IMG/VR virus record: IMGVR_UViG_3300015371_000017
Span: 1-64,000 of that record
Origin: a virus
Length of the DNA stretch: 64,000 nucleotides
Direction: 5' to 3' (one strand)
Shown here: positions 27,296-38,306 of the stretch, piece after piece
Position numbering within the stretch: position 1 is the first letter of the stretch
Layout of the letters: each line of letters begins with the position of its first letter
Position numbers and translations under genes: made by a program
The notes under the pieces: generated by a model
What the model was told of the DNA's origin: nothing
The model's input: only the letters and a program-made list of their open reading frames with translations
Databases searched by the model: none

Positions 27296-27556
27296 TCACA
27301 AGCTTTTCATTCCCGCGCCGCCAAAGCCCTTCGCTTCGTGTCCGCCAACACCAGCAGGAACACTTGTATGTTCCGGCATCGTTATAAGATTCGTTCCGCC
27401 ATGTCCCATGTCGGGATGCCCCGGTGCGGGTTTCTTATTACTCGCAAATCTGCTCTTTAGAGCTTGAGCAAATGGCCCTAAGTCCGGCGTTTGATTTTGT
27501 TCATCTTCATCAAACTGAACCCACTCAGGAACGTAGTTACCAAATTGATCGATCAT
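27296..27556 (-). CDS. hypothetical protein
   Basis: 86-aa ORF in the structural operon. Confidence 0.5.
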   Translation of the reverse strand: MIDQFGNYVPEWVQFDEDEQNQTPDLGPFAQALKSRFASNKKPAPGHPDMGHGGTNLITMPEHTSVPAGVGGHEAKGFGGAGMKSL

Positions 27557-27581
27557 GGCGTCAGTTTACTCTACTTTCCTT

Positions 27582-30500
27582 TTATGGTGCGGATAAAAAT
27601 CTTCGTGAAAACGGACTGCTAGGCTTTCTCTTTTGTGGGTTCACCGGCGTGATTCCCAAAGCGTTTATGCGTTGCTGAAAGTCAGCTTTCTGCTTTTCTG
27701 TAAGCGCATCAGAGTGAATAAGGCTCCATGCCTTCTTTGCCATAATGTCCGCCACCTCATCTGCGCGCGGGTCGTTGTACTTTCGCAGTCTTTCGTATTT
27801 GGTTAAGGCTTGGTCATTAAACATATTTTCAAACGTCGATTGGTAATCTGAATTCGCACCCTGTTTCTCAATCGTCCCTGCGTGGTGAGTTACTTCACCC
27901 GTTTTCGGATTCGTCGTGTCGTAACCGGCTTCACTCTTAGTGAGCACGTCTTGTTCGCGCATGGCATCAAGATCATCTTTGGTAATCTTCCCCGCGCGAA
28001 AGTCTTTAACTAGCTGGGCATCTCTGGCCTGCTTCGCCGCTTTATTTTCCTGCTCAGGGCTTGGTTTGTAAGAATGCCCCACGCGAATACCTGTCGCGGC
28101 AACTGCCATTACGGGAGCAGCCCTAGCTAATGCTTTGAGTAATCCTTTAGTCCGACCTTCACTCATTCCTTGTTCACGCATTGTGTTGTAGACATCACGA
28201 ACGCCTTCACCTATCGGAATAGGAGTCTGCTGACTTAAAACGTATTCCAACCACGAATAACGAGGTAATCGTTCAGTTCCTTCTTGTTGAGAAATCGGTA
28301 GCGGTCGTCCTGTGTAGTCAGAACGCAACGCTATATCCGCTCCTGTGCTGAATAACGGAGATAGCTTCGACCGGCCATAGTAGAAGGTTGTCTTCGCCAT
28401 ATCCTCAGCGGCCTGTTTGGGCTTCTTTAAGTCAGCATTCTTAGCTTGGCTTGCAAGAGTTCCCATGAAGCGAATAGCTGTCAGCATCCCACTCGCGGGA
28501 CTAATTGTTCGTCCTGCAACCTTGAACGCGAGAAAGTCTGATTTCGTTGGATCGGTAAAGTTGATTTTGTCGTCGCTCTTCGTCGCGGTTAGTAAACCTT
28601 GATTCATTGCCAACAGAGAGGCGTAGGTAACGACTAATTGCGCGTTCCGTGCCGCAACTCTTTTAGCCATGTAGCGAGCTTCGGGGGTGGCCTTTTTCCA
28701 ATTTCCAAAGGCTTGCAAGGCGCGAGCATTATCTCTGACTAAAAACTCCCAGCGTGAGGCTTCCAATGGAGCGGCAAACATTGCTTTACCGAGAAATCGA
28801 CTCGGCCAACCCTGCCCACTTAAAGCCTTTGAAGCGCCCGTGGAACTATTTATCTCTTGTGCAAGTAGTTCCGCCATTTTTGAGCTTCGATCTGCTTCAG
28901 GTAGTCGATTCCACGCCGAATCAAACAAATCCTGTCGCATGGTCTTGAGTGAATCGAATGCTCGGTTTCCAGAAATACCTATCTTGCCAAGAGTCTTAGC
29001 CATCCACGGGCTTTGATATTCGTCATATCCCCTTCGCGGATCGTTTGCTAATCCCGCTCTTTTTGCCATGATGTAATTTGGCGAATGCTCCAAATCCACC
29101 ATCGCTTGTTCGTGACCGCCTTTATCAACCAAAAACTTGTATGTGCGTCCAAAATTCGGCCAGAACTCCGCCCAACGAGACGGAATAAACAGATTTACAG
29201 GAGCGTGAGTAAACGGAGCTACTACACCGTGCCCTAACGTCGCTTTAATGAAAAATAACCGTCTCGCGTCCTCGAATCGTTTAGCAAAGATGTTCTGATC
29301 GGCTTGACGTACCCAACTCTCAGCATTTTGCTTCGCTTGCCGCCTGTCCGCCATCCTTTTCCACATCTCATCACTGATTCGTCTAGTGGCGGTGGTGTTA
29401 GCAAGCGAGCGTCTTACCTGCTCGGGGTTAATACCTAAATCACTCGCCACCTTCTGAGTGACATCGGCAAAGTCCGTGTTTCCTTGGTCAACGTAATTCT
29501 CCCTCGCGTATTTCCAGACTTCAGAGGCGTCTTTAGCGGAAATCTTCTTGACGCCTTGTAACCTTGCGCCAAGTGCTTCTCTGGCTTCCTTGGTTGTGTA
29601 GTCTTTTACTTCCTGACGGACACCTGTTTTTAGTTTTGCCCACTCGCTTTCAGCACGTTCTCTCTTTGGAAGTCCCGCACCCAAAATCGCTTCTGCCACT
29701 TCTCTTCTCGTTACATCAGCGAAGTCCTTAACGGTAGAATGAACATCGTCAATTAACTGTGCCGCATCGGTTACTCCCGCCTTCGCGCGATTCTTCGCAT
29801 AAGCAACTAGCTGTTTAGTGATCTCACCTTCGGGATCGAGTCTTGCTATTCCTGACGGTTGAATGCCTGTTTGAGACTTAACCTTCTGAAACGCCGCGGC
29901 AAGATTTGTCTTAATTACTGCCGCTTCATCATCAAGAGACTTACGCGTTTGCTTTCTTCCCTCACGACGAAATTCGCGAGCAGATTGATCGATAAACCTC
30001 TTGACCGCCGTTTGAATTTCTTTCGGAAGTTCAGCAATCCCCGCAGCCTTGTCTAGTTCTGCGGCTAGTCGGCTACTCAAGTCTTTAACATCAGATTCGG
30101 CTCTTGCGCTTCTGGTAGAAAGGTTCTGAAGCGTTCGTTGCTCTTGAGGAGTAGGTTCGCGGGTATGAGCATTCTTGAACGCTCGATAGAGTCCGTAGAA
30201 TGTCCCTGTATCAATATCTGTTTCGCCTTGCTGCGCGCGGCCAGTGTTTGACCACGCAGTTTGCATCGGCTTAACTGCATCATCGTAAAATTGTTGGCGA
30301 GCCTTTTCAGCGGCCTTGAATTCAGGGCTATTTAAGCCGCCCTTATCAAACGCTTGATTAGCCACACGAGCGAGTTCTTCGTGTTTGGCACGAACTAAAG
30401 CCATCGACTCGGCAGAGATCGCACCTGACTTCTGGAAGCTATCAATGGCTTCTTGTGGATCATTACCTTCGCGGAGTAGTTCTCTACCGCGTTCAACTGA

Positions 30501-33500
30501 TTCTTCAGCGCCAATAGCCTTACCGCGTATTGGTTCTTCACCTCTCGCTGCGGTTTCTACGCGATGGGCTATGCCCGTAGTAGACGGCGGCGGTTCTGGA
30601 GTCTCTTGCGGAGGCTTGGCTTCCTCTATAGGAGGAGCAGGGGAGATTGGCAGTTCATCAAGCGACGTCCTAGATTCCGGCACGGCCAACTTGAGCGCTC
30701 GTCCGTATTTACCGCCAGTCGAGCCGCCGCGGAGAAACTTAAATTCAGTAATTTCTGGATGTGCATTTTGTATGTACCGCTTCATTGCCAGAGCCGCGCG
30801 GGTGCCCATCTCTACGCGAGGCACTCGATAGTTACCCTCGTCTGCTTCTACCATAAACTCCCCACGAGGCGGCCCTATGAGCACCGTCGCGCTCTTACCT
30901 TTAATTCCTAGCATTACGCGAATAGTGGGCTTGTTTGGTGGGTTGATATCATAAGACACTACGCGATCCCATGAAGTCTTTCCTTTATCATCAAACACCT
31001 TGCGAACGCTGCCGAGAATGGCCTCAGGGGACTGATTGTGGGCCACCTGCACGCGTTCGCTTGCTGTAACGTAATTTGCAGGGTTGGCCCACGGATCAAC
31101 GCCTTCAGATGCCCTCGCTGACTTTTCAATGTAACCAGTTCTATCTCTAAGAATGCCCTGCACTCCCCAAGGGCGACCTTGTGAATCTTCTATGAACCAC
31201 CCGCCGTGCCTATCGGCTTTGACTGTCCCAGATCGTTCGCGTTCGGCATAAAACGTAACCGCATCACCTTCCTCTATGCCCGCGTTTTGTAGACTTAGAT
31301 TTGAAGGATTGTCTTTAGCGGGAACACGATTATTCACCATATCCCACTCGCCATAAGGCTTCTTATTGAACACTGCTAACTCACGCTGCAAATCAGCGTA
31401 AGTAATACGCGCGGGAGGGATGGCCGTTGTCTCTGCTCTGACAGGGTGAGCGGCCTCTGGCGGTTGTTCAGCAGGGGATGTAGCGGTTTCTGGAGAGGGC
31501 GTATTAATTCCTCTCGGCGCAGGTTCGGGAGTAGCGGACTCTGGTTTTAACGGAATAGCACTTTGATTCCGCATTGTCGAAGGTTTAATGATTACATGCG
31601 TGGCTTCAGGATTATCGACTTCGCGTACTCTAATCTCGCCTTTCGGTACTCCTGATTGATCTTCAACTGATTCCACTCGTCCGAATTTAGAATGAAGAAA
31701 CGGCAATGCTGCAAACGGAAGATTCTCAACAATCGCCTGAGTAGGCGATTCTCCGCGTTGCCATGCTTCAAATGCAGGCTGCCCCACCATCGCCCCGCCT
31801 GTAACAATCTTGCCCGTAGTTGGCAATCCTGCTTCATTAAAGGCCGCTGGCGCGCCGCTTAATACAGCTTGAGCACTTGCGCCTTGTAGTCCGCCTCTCA
31901 ATCGCTCTTCGGGTGTAGAACCTTCCAGAATCCCCAATGCAGCCAACTGCGCAGGGCCGAGCTTGTGAGTGGCAATCAGCATCGCAGCAGTAGGAACGAG
32001 TCCGCCTATCCCGGCCTTCACTTTCTCGCCAGTTGTTGTTAGTGGAGATTCTTTGTTTAGTTGTTCGCTTGCGGCTCTCTCGACTGCTGCCTGACGTTCA
32101 AATTCATTTCCTAACGAACCCGGAATGACCGATCCAAACGCTTGCGCCGCGCCCGCCGTGCCGCCGATCATTCCCCTGAGAAACGGAGAATTCTTTCCTG
32201 TTTGCATCGCTGTTTTGGCCTGAGCAACATCAGGTTTTGCGGCTTCGTAGGCTTTGTTCTGCGCAGCGATCAACTCGTCAGCTTGGCGATGGGCTTCTTG
32301 CGCTGCTACATCACTTCCTTTGGCGTAGGCGTTGATAAAATCTATCGCGCCTTTAGTCGGGCGAACATAATAGTTACCTTTGTCGTCTTGTTTTAGTGTC
32401 CCACCACCAAGGGTTAAGATGTTGTGTCCCGTTTCCTCTTTATATCGCTTGCCCAGTTCGACATAATCTTTTCCGAGCGTACCCAGATAAGCATCAACAA
32501 CCGCATCCTCATTTGGAACTGAGTCTTTTGGTAAGGGCAATGCAACCCGCTCGCCAACCTCTTGAGACGGCGTGAATTCGTATCTTCGCGCTTGAAGTCC
32601 TGCAACGCCTTTCGGCACGACTTGCCCACCAGAAGTTGCCTCGTAAACATCCTCAACGGGATTGAGGCTTACAGGCTTCGTGCCTTTGCGAAACTCAACA
32701 GGCCTCAGGACTTTGGACGCCGCGATCTCTTCTGGTGATGCCATCTCAGCACCTTCACCTAATTTTACAGAGACTTTAGGAGTCTTTAAGGGAGCGATTG
32801 AATCTAGCAGATCATCGTACTCGTCGCCTTGGCTGGGAGGAATAAACTTGTCCCCCTCCCAATGTCCTGCTTTGGCAGCATCAGCCCCTACTGCGTATTG
32901 GCTCTCGTTACTGAACGTCGGATGGTTTGGTTTCTTAAAAGTATCAGGCCAGTGCCCCGTGCGTGGATCAGGCTTCAACCCTGCTTTGAACGCGCCTCGT
33001 AAATCGTAATCCCCACCACTGTCTTTTGGCGCATACTGTTGCTTCCAGATTTGAAACTGACGTTCTTCTTGGGGCGATAATTTCGTATCGTAGCTTGACG
33101 TAGTAGGCTTGGGCGATTGTTGGCCTACACTGTCGAGTAACTGATCGTACTGGTCGCCCTGCGGTGCAATTTTCTGTACATAGTTACGAGTTTCTGGGAT
33201 GTTCTGCATCGCTCGTCGCGCTTGCTGCGGAGTAAACCCCGTTCCTGCGTTGTAAGCAGCCAAGGCTAGTCTGTTATCACCGTATTTATCAATCAAGTCT
33301 TTCATCAGTCGCGCATGGGCATCTGCGGCTTTCTCAGGATTGAACCTGTCATCCCGTCCTTTGCCAACATACAGGCCATACTTTCTCGCCGTGTCGGGCA
33401 TAAACTGTGCGATTCCCGCCGCGCCTTTAGGTGAGCGCCCTGGCCCAAAAACGAAATTAGGATTGAAATTTATTGATTCATGTTTGGCTTGATTGTAGAG

Positions 33501-33635
33501 AAGATCGGGATCAACTCCGTGCTTCGTCCCTACATCGTTATAGAGCTGTCGGAAATCAACCGTAGGTCTGGTTTTCGCCCCTTTAGATTTAGGGGTCGAG
33601 AGAGAATCTAACAAAACATCGTAATCATCTGTCAC
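27582..33635 (-). CDS. large internal virion/DNA-ejection protein with N-terminal lytic transglycosylase (SLT)
   Basis: HES, SPKGAAGIAQFMPDTA, ALAAYNAG, ETRNYV motifs; 2017 aa, helical. Confidence 0.85.
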   Translation of the reverse strand: MTDDYDVLLDSLSTPKSKGAKTRPTVDFRQLYNDVGTKHGVDPDLLYNQAKHESINFNPNFVFGPGRSPKGAAGIAQFMPDTARKYGLYVGKGRDDRFNPEKAADAHARLMKDLIDKYGDNRLALAAYNAGTGFTPQQARRAMQNIPETRNYVQKIAPQGDQYDQLLDSVGQQSPKPTTSSYDTKLSPQEERQFQIWKQQYAPKDSGGDYDLRGAFKAGLKPDPRTGHWPDTFKKPNHPTFSNESQYAVGADAAKAGHWEGDKFIPPSQGDEYDDLLDSIAPLKTPKVSVKLGEGAEMASPEEIAASKVLRPVEFRKGTKPVSLNPVEDVYEATSGGQVVPKGVAGLQARRYEFTPSQEVGERVALPLPKDSVPNEDAVVDAYLGTLGKDYVELGKRYKEETGHNILTLGGGTLKQDDKGNYYVRPTKGAIDFINAYAKGSDVAAQEAHRQADELIAAQNKAYEAAKPDVAQAKTAMQTGKNSPFLRGMIGGTAGAAQAFGSVIPGSLGNEFERQAAVERAASEQLNKESPLTTTGEKVKAGIGGLVPTAAMLIATHKLGPAQLAALGILEGSTPEERLRGGLQGASAQAVLSGAPAAFNEAGLPTTGKIVTGGAMVGQPAFEAWQRGESPTQAIVENLPFAALPFLHSKFGRVESVEDQSGVPKGEIRVREVDNPEATHVIIKPSTMRNQSAIPLKPESATPEPAPRGINTPSPETATSPAEQPPEAAHPVRAETTAIPPARITYADLQRELAVFNKKPYGEWDMVNNRVPAKDNPSNLSLQNAGIEEGDAVTFYAERERSGTVKADRHGGWFIEDSQGRPWGVQGILRDRTGYIEKSARASEGVDPWANPANYVTASERVQVAHNQSPEAILGSVRKVFDDKGKTSWDRVVSYDINPPNKPTIRVMLGIKGKSATVLIGPPRGEFMVEADEGNYRVPRVEMGTRAALAMKRYIQNAHPEITEFKFLRGGSTGGKYGRALKLAVPESRTSLDELPISPAPPIEEAKPPQETPEPPPSTTGIAHRVETAARGEEPIRGKAIGAEESVERGRELLREGNDPQEAIDSFQKSGAISAESMALVRAKHEELARVANQAFDKGGLNSPEFKAAEKARQQFYDDAVKPMQTAWSNTGRAQQGETDIDTGTFYGLYRAFKNAHTREPTPQEQRTLQNLSTRSARAESDVKDLSSRLAAELDKAAGIAELPKEIQTAVKRFIDQSAREFRREGRKQTRKSLDDEAAVIKTNLAAAFQKVKSQTGIQPSGIARLDPEGEITKQLVAYAKNRAKAGVTDAAQLIDDVHSTVKDFADVTRREVAEAILGAGLPKRERAESEWAKLKTGVRQEVKDYTTKEAREALGARLQGVKKISAKDASEVWKYARENYVDQGNTDFADVTQKVASDLGINPEQVRRSLANTTATRRISDEMWKRMADRRQAKQNAESWVRQADQNIFAKRFEDARRLFFIKATLGHGVVAPFTHAPVNLFIPSRWAEFWPNFGRTYKFLVDKGGHEQAMVDLEHSPNYIMAKRAGLANDPRRGYDEYQSPWMAKTLGKIGISGNRAFDSLKTMRQDLFDSAWNRLPEADRSSKMAELLAQEINSSTGASKALSGQGWPSRFLGKAMFAAPLEASRWEFLVRDNARALQAFGNWKKATPEARYMAKRVAARNAQLVVTYASLLAMNQGLLTATKSDDKINFTDPTKSDFLAFKVAGRTISPASGMLTAIRFMGTLASQAKNADLKKPKQAAEDMAKTTFYYGRSKLSPLFSTGADIALRSDYTGRPLPISQQEGTERLPRYSWLEYVLSQQTPIPIGEGVRDVYNTMREQGMSEGRTKGLLKALARAAPVMAVAATGIRVGHSYKPSPEQENKAAKQARDAQLVKDFRAGKITKDDLDAMREQDVLTKSEAGYDTTNPKTGEVTHHAGTIEKQGANSDYQSTFENMFNDQALTKYERLRKYNDPRADEVADIMAKKAWSLIHSDALTEKQKADFQQRINALGITPVNPQKRKPSSPFSRRFLSAP

Positions 33636-35050
33636 TGAATCAATCCACGCTTACGAGCGCGTTCAACTGCCGTATCAGGGTTAAGTCCTTTTGCTTTTGC
33701 CGCGTCACGAATTTGCTGCTCAGTTACACTGGTAGGCTTCCCGTAAATCGGATGATCCAAATCGCTAGAACCTTGACGTGGCTTGGTATAAGGATACCCA
33801 CCCGTTCCCGATCCCCATTCGTTGTCAGGGTCAATACGATTCATCTTGTCTGCGTTAAGCGCACCTTCTTCAACCAAGTCTTTGCGTTTATTTTGCAGCA
33901 CCCTTAACTTGTTTGCGTCTTTCTCGTTTTTGATTTGATCATCTATCGCAGTCAACTTACGGTGAACACTATTTATCACCGCTGCTGTTTCTGCCATGTC
34001 CTTACGTTCAGCAGGAGTAATCTTGCGACCTTGCCCCGCGTTCGTTCCGCGCATTGCTGCCCGTTGATTCGCTCCCGTTTGCGCCGCCGCTGCGCGTCTG
34101 TTACGTCCGGCTTCTAGTGTGTTTTGCATGGACGCCACGGGCTTTTCACCTTGCAATACAGGTTTGTCCGCGCCCGTTCTCTTGTTCACTAAAATGTAAT
34201 TTCCGCTGGAGTCAACCGCTAATTGACCTTGAGTACTAGGTGGTAACTTAGTTCCCACAGGCAATCCCATGCGGCTTGCAATCTCGTCTCGCAAATCTTC
34301 ATTGTCATCAGCCGCGCCTGAGTTATAAAGTCTCTGGGCATCCTGAGCAGCTTCATGTTTAGCCATCGTATCCCATCGTTTGTTATGGGAGTCCATTTGC
34401 TGACGGCGAATCGACAGAGTTCCTTGCTGGCCTTGTTGTCTGCTTGCCAACACCGCCGCTGATTTCGCAGGTACTTGAGTCCACGTACCATCAGGAAGCT
34501 GAAAAGGAACCATCTGCCCTTGCTCTATCGCAACACGATTCTTATCTAATGCAACATCCCGCCCTAGTCGGTTTTCAACTTCACCCGCATCTCTTTGTCT
34601 GCGAGTCGGAAGAGAATGATAACCAAGATTAGTAGCGACGTTCTGAGCAACTAATCCTAGTTTCCCTCTTAGTCCTAAAGGTTGACTTTCAATCTCGCGA
34701 AGATGTTCCGCATCAAATGAAGTTGGATCGGCAATGCGCGGTCTGGTTTGTCCTTGAGTTAATCGATCAATGAACGGACTCTTAGTTACAGTGCGCGGAC
34801 GTGTGACGTTCTCTTGATTTGTTGGTGTAAGAACCTGCCGTTGCGGTTCTTGCGGAATATTTTCCCACTGCTGCGTTGTGTCATTGTAAATCGGATCGGA
34901 TTGAGACGATTGTTGGCCTGTGACCATTCGGGGGCGTGTTGGCTCTTGAGGCACACGTTCTAACAGGTCACCCAAATCGCCACCAGCAAAACCGGGAATG
35001 TCGTATAGAGTTGGTCGTCGTTTGCGGTTGAATGCGTCTAAAAAGGCCAT
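33632..35050 (-). CDS. internal virion protein
   Basis: Q/R-rich helical 472 aa between portal and SLT protein. Confidence 0.55.
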   Translation of the reverse strand: MAFLDAFNRKRRPTLYDIPGFAGGDLGDLLERVPQEPTRPRMVTGQQSSQSDPIYNDTTQQWENIPQEPQRQVLTPTNQENVTRPRTVTKSPFIDRLTQGQTRPRIADPTSFDAEHLREIESQPLGLRGKLGLVAQNVATNLGYHSLPTRRQRDAGEVENRLGRDVALDKNRVAIEQGQMVPFQLPDGTWTQVPAKSAAVLASRQQGQQGTLSIRRQQMDSHNKRWDTMAKHEAAQDAQRLYNSGAADDNEDLRDEIASRMGLPVGTKLPPSTQGQLAVDSSGNYILVNKRTGADKPVLQGEKPVASMQNTLEAGRNRRAAAAQTGANQRAAMRGTNAGQGRKITPAERKDMAETAAVINSVHRKLTAIDDQIKNEKDANKLRVLQNKRKDLVEEGALNADKMNRIDPDNEWGSGTGGYPYTKPRQGSSDLDHPIYGKPTSVTEQQIRDAAKAKGLNPDTAVERARKRGLIQ

Positions 35051-35147
35051 AACGTCACACTAATCCCGTGTTATAATTCAGCCTGCGAGAGCGCGGTAAA
35101 CGCCCCCGCAGACCTGCCACATTCTGAAAGGAGATAGCTTTCAAAAC

Positions 35148-35702
35148 ATGAGTAACGGCAAACCTAACCCTGTTCCACCACAACTGACAAGCGAACAAAT
35201 TCTGCGATTTTGGTCTTATGTCGATAAGACTCCCGGCCAAGGGCCAAATGGTGAATGCTGGGAATGGAAACGCTCGCTTAGACGTGGCTATGGGCGTTAC
35301 AACCTTGGACACAGAGGGCGAACATTGAAAGCAAATCGCGTAGCAATGTTTTTGACAACCGGAATATGGCCTACGCAAAACGCTCTGCATCATTGTGACA
35401 ATCCACGCTGTTGCCGTCCTAGTCATCTGTTTGAAGGTAGCAATCGAGACAATACTGAAGATGCAATGAAAAAGGGACGCTTGGCCTCTGGAGATAACAA
35501 CGGAATGAGAAAACACCCAGAAAGCGTTAGACGCGGAAGTGCCAGCCCGCGCGCCAAGCTGACGGAGAGCGAAGTGATCAAAATGAGGCAGCTTTATGCT
35601 ACGGGCAAATATGGGCATAGGACTCTAGCTCGACGGTTTGGCATTGCTCGAAGTTCAACATGGCGCATATTAAAACGAAAAGGTACGTGGTTACATGTCT
35701 AG
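35148..35702 (+). CDS. HNH homing endonuclease (inverted insertion)
   Basis: RFWSYVDK, ECWEW, GYG, HHCDNPRCCRPSHL..G...DN; C-terminal HTH. Confidence 0.9.
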   Translation: MSNGKPNPVPPQLTSEQILRFWSYVDKTPGQGPNGECWEWKRSLRRGYGRYNLGHRGRTLKANRVAMFLTTGIWPTQNALHHCDNPRCCRPSHLFEGSNRDNTEDAMKKGRLASGDNNGMRKHPESVRRGSASPRAKLTESEVIKMRQLYATGKYGHRTLARRFGIARSSTWRILKRKGTWLHV

Positions 35703-38302
35703 GCAGCTTTTGGTTTCACTTTAGGTTTGGCTTTCTGGACTTTAAGAGCATTTTCGCCAGCTACCTTTGCGCTTTCTATCGCGTTTTGCCCTTGCTGCTT
35801 GGTCACGGCCAACTGGATATCACCCTCTAGTGCTTTCGTTTTAAGTTCGTGCTCTTGTTTCGCAAGCTGACTATGTGCCTCTAGTTCTCTGTCCTGCGCA
35901 TTCTGATCGGCTTCGTGTTGGGTAGTATCCTGCTCAGGCGACTCTTGGCCTTGCAGCATCGCGCCGCCGATTGCCGCGGGTGCTGCCCCAGCGGCTTGAA
36001 CCATTCCCGTATTGATCGCTTGTGGTAACGCGGCCTGAGTCATCAGATTCTCATGTAAATTCCACATGCCCTCTGCGGCCTGACGCAATACAAGCGGCGC
36101 TTTCTGCGCAGAGTCAAGATCAAGCCAGTCGCTCCACCATTGCTGTTTCTCTTTCTGTTTGGGTTCATACCTACTTGGCGGTGGAGTAATCATGGAAACT
36201 AACTCGTTCGGATCGTTAACCCCTGCTTCAAAGTTCTCTTTCATCTGCTCTAATCGAGTTAGACACAACGTAGAAATCTCGTCCGCACTTTCTACACCTA
36301 ACTGAAGCCCTGCAAACGGTCGCGTAATTGCCTTGAATAATTCAGGGTCAGTCTGCTTCAACTGTGACAATAAAATCGGGTTTCCACCAAAGGCTTGCAG
36401 CAACGCAGTCACATCGGAAATCTGAGAATAAGGCGTAACTGGTAAATGACTGCCTTCAGCCAACTCAAAAATCACCCTACCTTTAAGCGACTTCGCATCT
36501 ACTTCTCGCCCTCTTGCGTCTCCTTTACCGGGAAAGAACCTTGATACCACACCAAATTTAGCTTGAAGACTAACAATCTTCTTGGCTATCTCCACTCTCG
36601 ATTCAGCCTTGCTCATTAACATTGGCCCATACAAAGAATTGGCGAGCGCAGCAGAAATCTGCGCGCCTGTGGCTGTCCGATTATCAATAGAAAGTAAATC
36701 TGAGAACTCCACGGCAAGAGAGGAAAGATTCGCCATGTTCTTGCCTAAGAACTCAGTTCCATAGGCCATGAACTGCTGAGAAACCTGTCCCGGTTGGGGT
36801 AAATAAATCGCATCCTGCATTCTCATTCCCACAGGAAGCATAGAAAGGTTTACGTTGTGATTTACCCCCGGCTTGAATAGATAGTTTCCACTATCCTCTC
36901 TAAGCATTCTTAGATCAACAAACACCGGAGGGGTTGCAGTGGTAGCAAGTCCCTGATAAATCTGTCCGTCTACTGCGTTAAAACGTCTCTGAACAGCGGC
37001 GGTGTCTTCCATGCCCCGCCCAGCCCCAGACTCCGCATCCATGTACCACTGGCACGTTACAACCTCTTGTTGTTGACTCTCTCCGGCGTAGGTAGCGAGA
37101 ATTAACGCCCCATCATTAAATCCCACAACACAAATTGGTTGCCCTTGGAAGAAATTACTTATCCTTCCTTTGGGCATGGTCACGCCGCAGATCGTCTCCC
37201 CTTCGTCACACTCAATCTCTGCTTGGTCTTCAGGGCTTAACCACGCCTCAAACATTGTCGGACGCTCTTTACTTTGGTCGCGTCCATATTGCGCGGTCAT
37301 GGACTGGCCTTGAAACGCTTGGCCGCTGTAGGTAAGAGCGTGAAGGATGTCTAGTCCATAATCATCTGAACTCGCACTGGCAGGGATCACCACATCACCC
37401 AAAGCTAATTTAATCGTGCCGGGAGTAACGTATTGGCGTTTAATTGCCCAACTGGATTTCTCTAAATCTACTGCCAGATTCCATCTCCACGATGCGAGAG
37501 AAGATGAAATAATCTCCGGCTCGCCCGTAGGTTGCGGTGCGCCCATTGAAATCTGACTTAGAGTTTGTGTCTCAGGCGGTCTTACGTCTGTAGCTTCACT
37601 CTGACACTGAGGACACGTATATCCAAAATCGTTCGGCTCAAAATCTTCTGCCGCGCCTTCAAAGTCACAGTCCGCACAATGCCCTTCGCCCGGATCAACT
37701 TGTTGATCTATCTTTCCTACTTGGCGAGTAGGTACAGACATTCCCTTAAAGGGATTCCACCGAACTTGATGAATGAAAATCCCGTCTGTGAGTAATCGGA
37801 TTGCTTCTCTGCGCGTAAACTTTGCCGTGTACCAATCAGTCTCATAACAATCAACTACAGGCCGACACGCTTGCGCAGCGGCGATAGCTTCCGGGGTATC
37901 GTCACCCGGTCGCATGTTCACCGTGGGATTGACGGCCATCAGTTTCGACTCGCTTATCTGCGAATGAAACGTCATCAGGTTCATTGCCGTCTGACGATAA
38001 GTATCATCATTCTGAATTGGACGGACGTAATACCCAACCTGCCCAAATGGACGACGCATTAAAAGCTGATCGCCCTTTCTGAATAACGAAACTAGCTGTG
38101 CTCGCGAGTAATGCTCATCCCAAACACGCTTTTCATAATTCAATTTGGCAGTGAGCCACTTTTGGAAAGACTCCTGAAATCTCCCTTGGGTCTTGGGGAT
38201 TTTCCGACTTTGAATTGTCTCTTCTATTGGCTTGCGAGGCGCGAAATTCGGACTAGTTCTACTGAGAACTACTGAGAGATTGGTAAAGGGATTGTCGGCC
38301 AT
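35699..38302 (-). CDS. portal protein (P22-like) with Zn-ribbon insertion
   Basis: 867 aa, RTATG motif, long Q/E helical C-terminus, downstream of terL; CADC...CPQC insert. Confidence 0.7.
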   Translation of the reverse strand: MADNPFTNLSVVLSRTSPNFAPRKPIEETIQSRKIPKTQGRFQESFQKWLTAKLNYEKRVWDEHYSRAQLVSLFRKGDQLLMRRPFGQVGYYVRPIQNDDTYRQTAMNLMTFHSQISESKLMAVNPTVNMRPGDDTPEAIAAAQACRPVVDCYETDWYTAKFTRREAIRLLTDGIFIHQVRWNPFKGMSVPTRQVGKIDQQVDPGEGHCADCDFEGAAEDFEPNDFGYTCPQCQSEATDVRPPETQTLSQISMGAPQPTGEPEIISSSLASWRWNLAVDLEKSSWAIKRQYVTPGTIKLALGDVVIPASASSDDYGLDILHALTYSGQAFQGQSMTAQYGRDQSKERPTMFEAWLSPEDQAEIECDEGETICGVTMPKGRISNFFQGQPICVVGFNDGALILATYAGESQQQEVVTCQWYMDAESGAGRGMEDTAAVQRRFNAVDGQIYQGLATTATPPVFVDLRMLREDSGNYLFKPGVNHNVNLSMLPVGMRMQDAIYLPQPGQVSQQFMAYGTEFLGKNMANLSSLAVEFSDLLSIDNRTATGAQISAALANSLYGPMLMSKAESRVEIAKKIVSLQAKFGVVSRFFPGKGDARGREVDAKSLKGRVIFELAEGSHLPVTPYSQISDVTALLQAFGGNPILLSQLKQTDPELFKAITRPFAGLQLGVESADEISTLCLTRLEQMKENFEAGVNDPNELVSMITPPPSRYEPKQKEKQQWWSDWLDLDSAQKAPLVLRQAAEGMWNLHENLMTQAALPQAINTGMVQAAGAAPAAIGGAMLQGQESPEQDTTQHEADQNAQDRELEAHSQLAKQEHELKTKALEGDIQLAVTKQQGQNAIESAKVAGENALKVQKAKPKVKPKAA

Positions 38303-38306
38303 TCAT

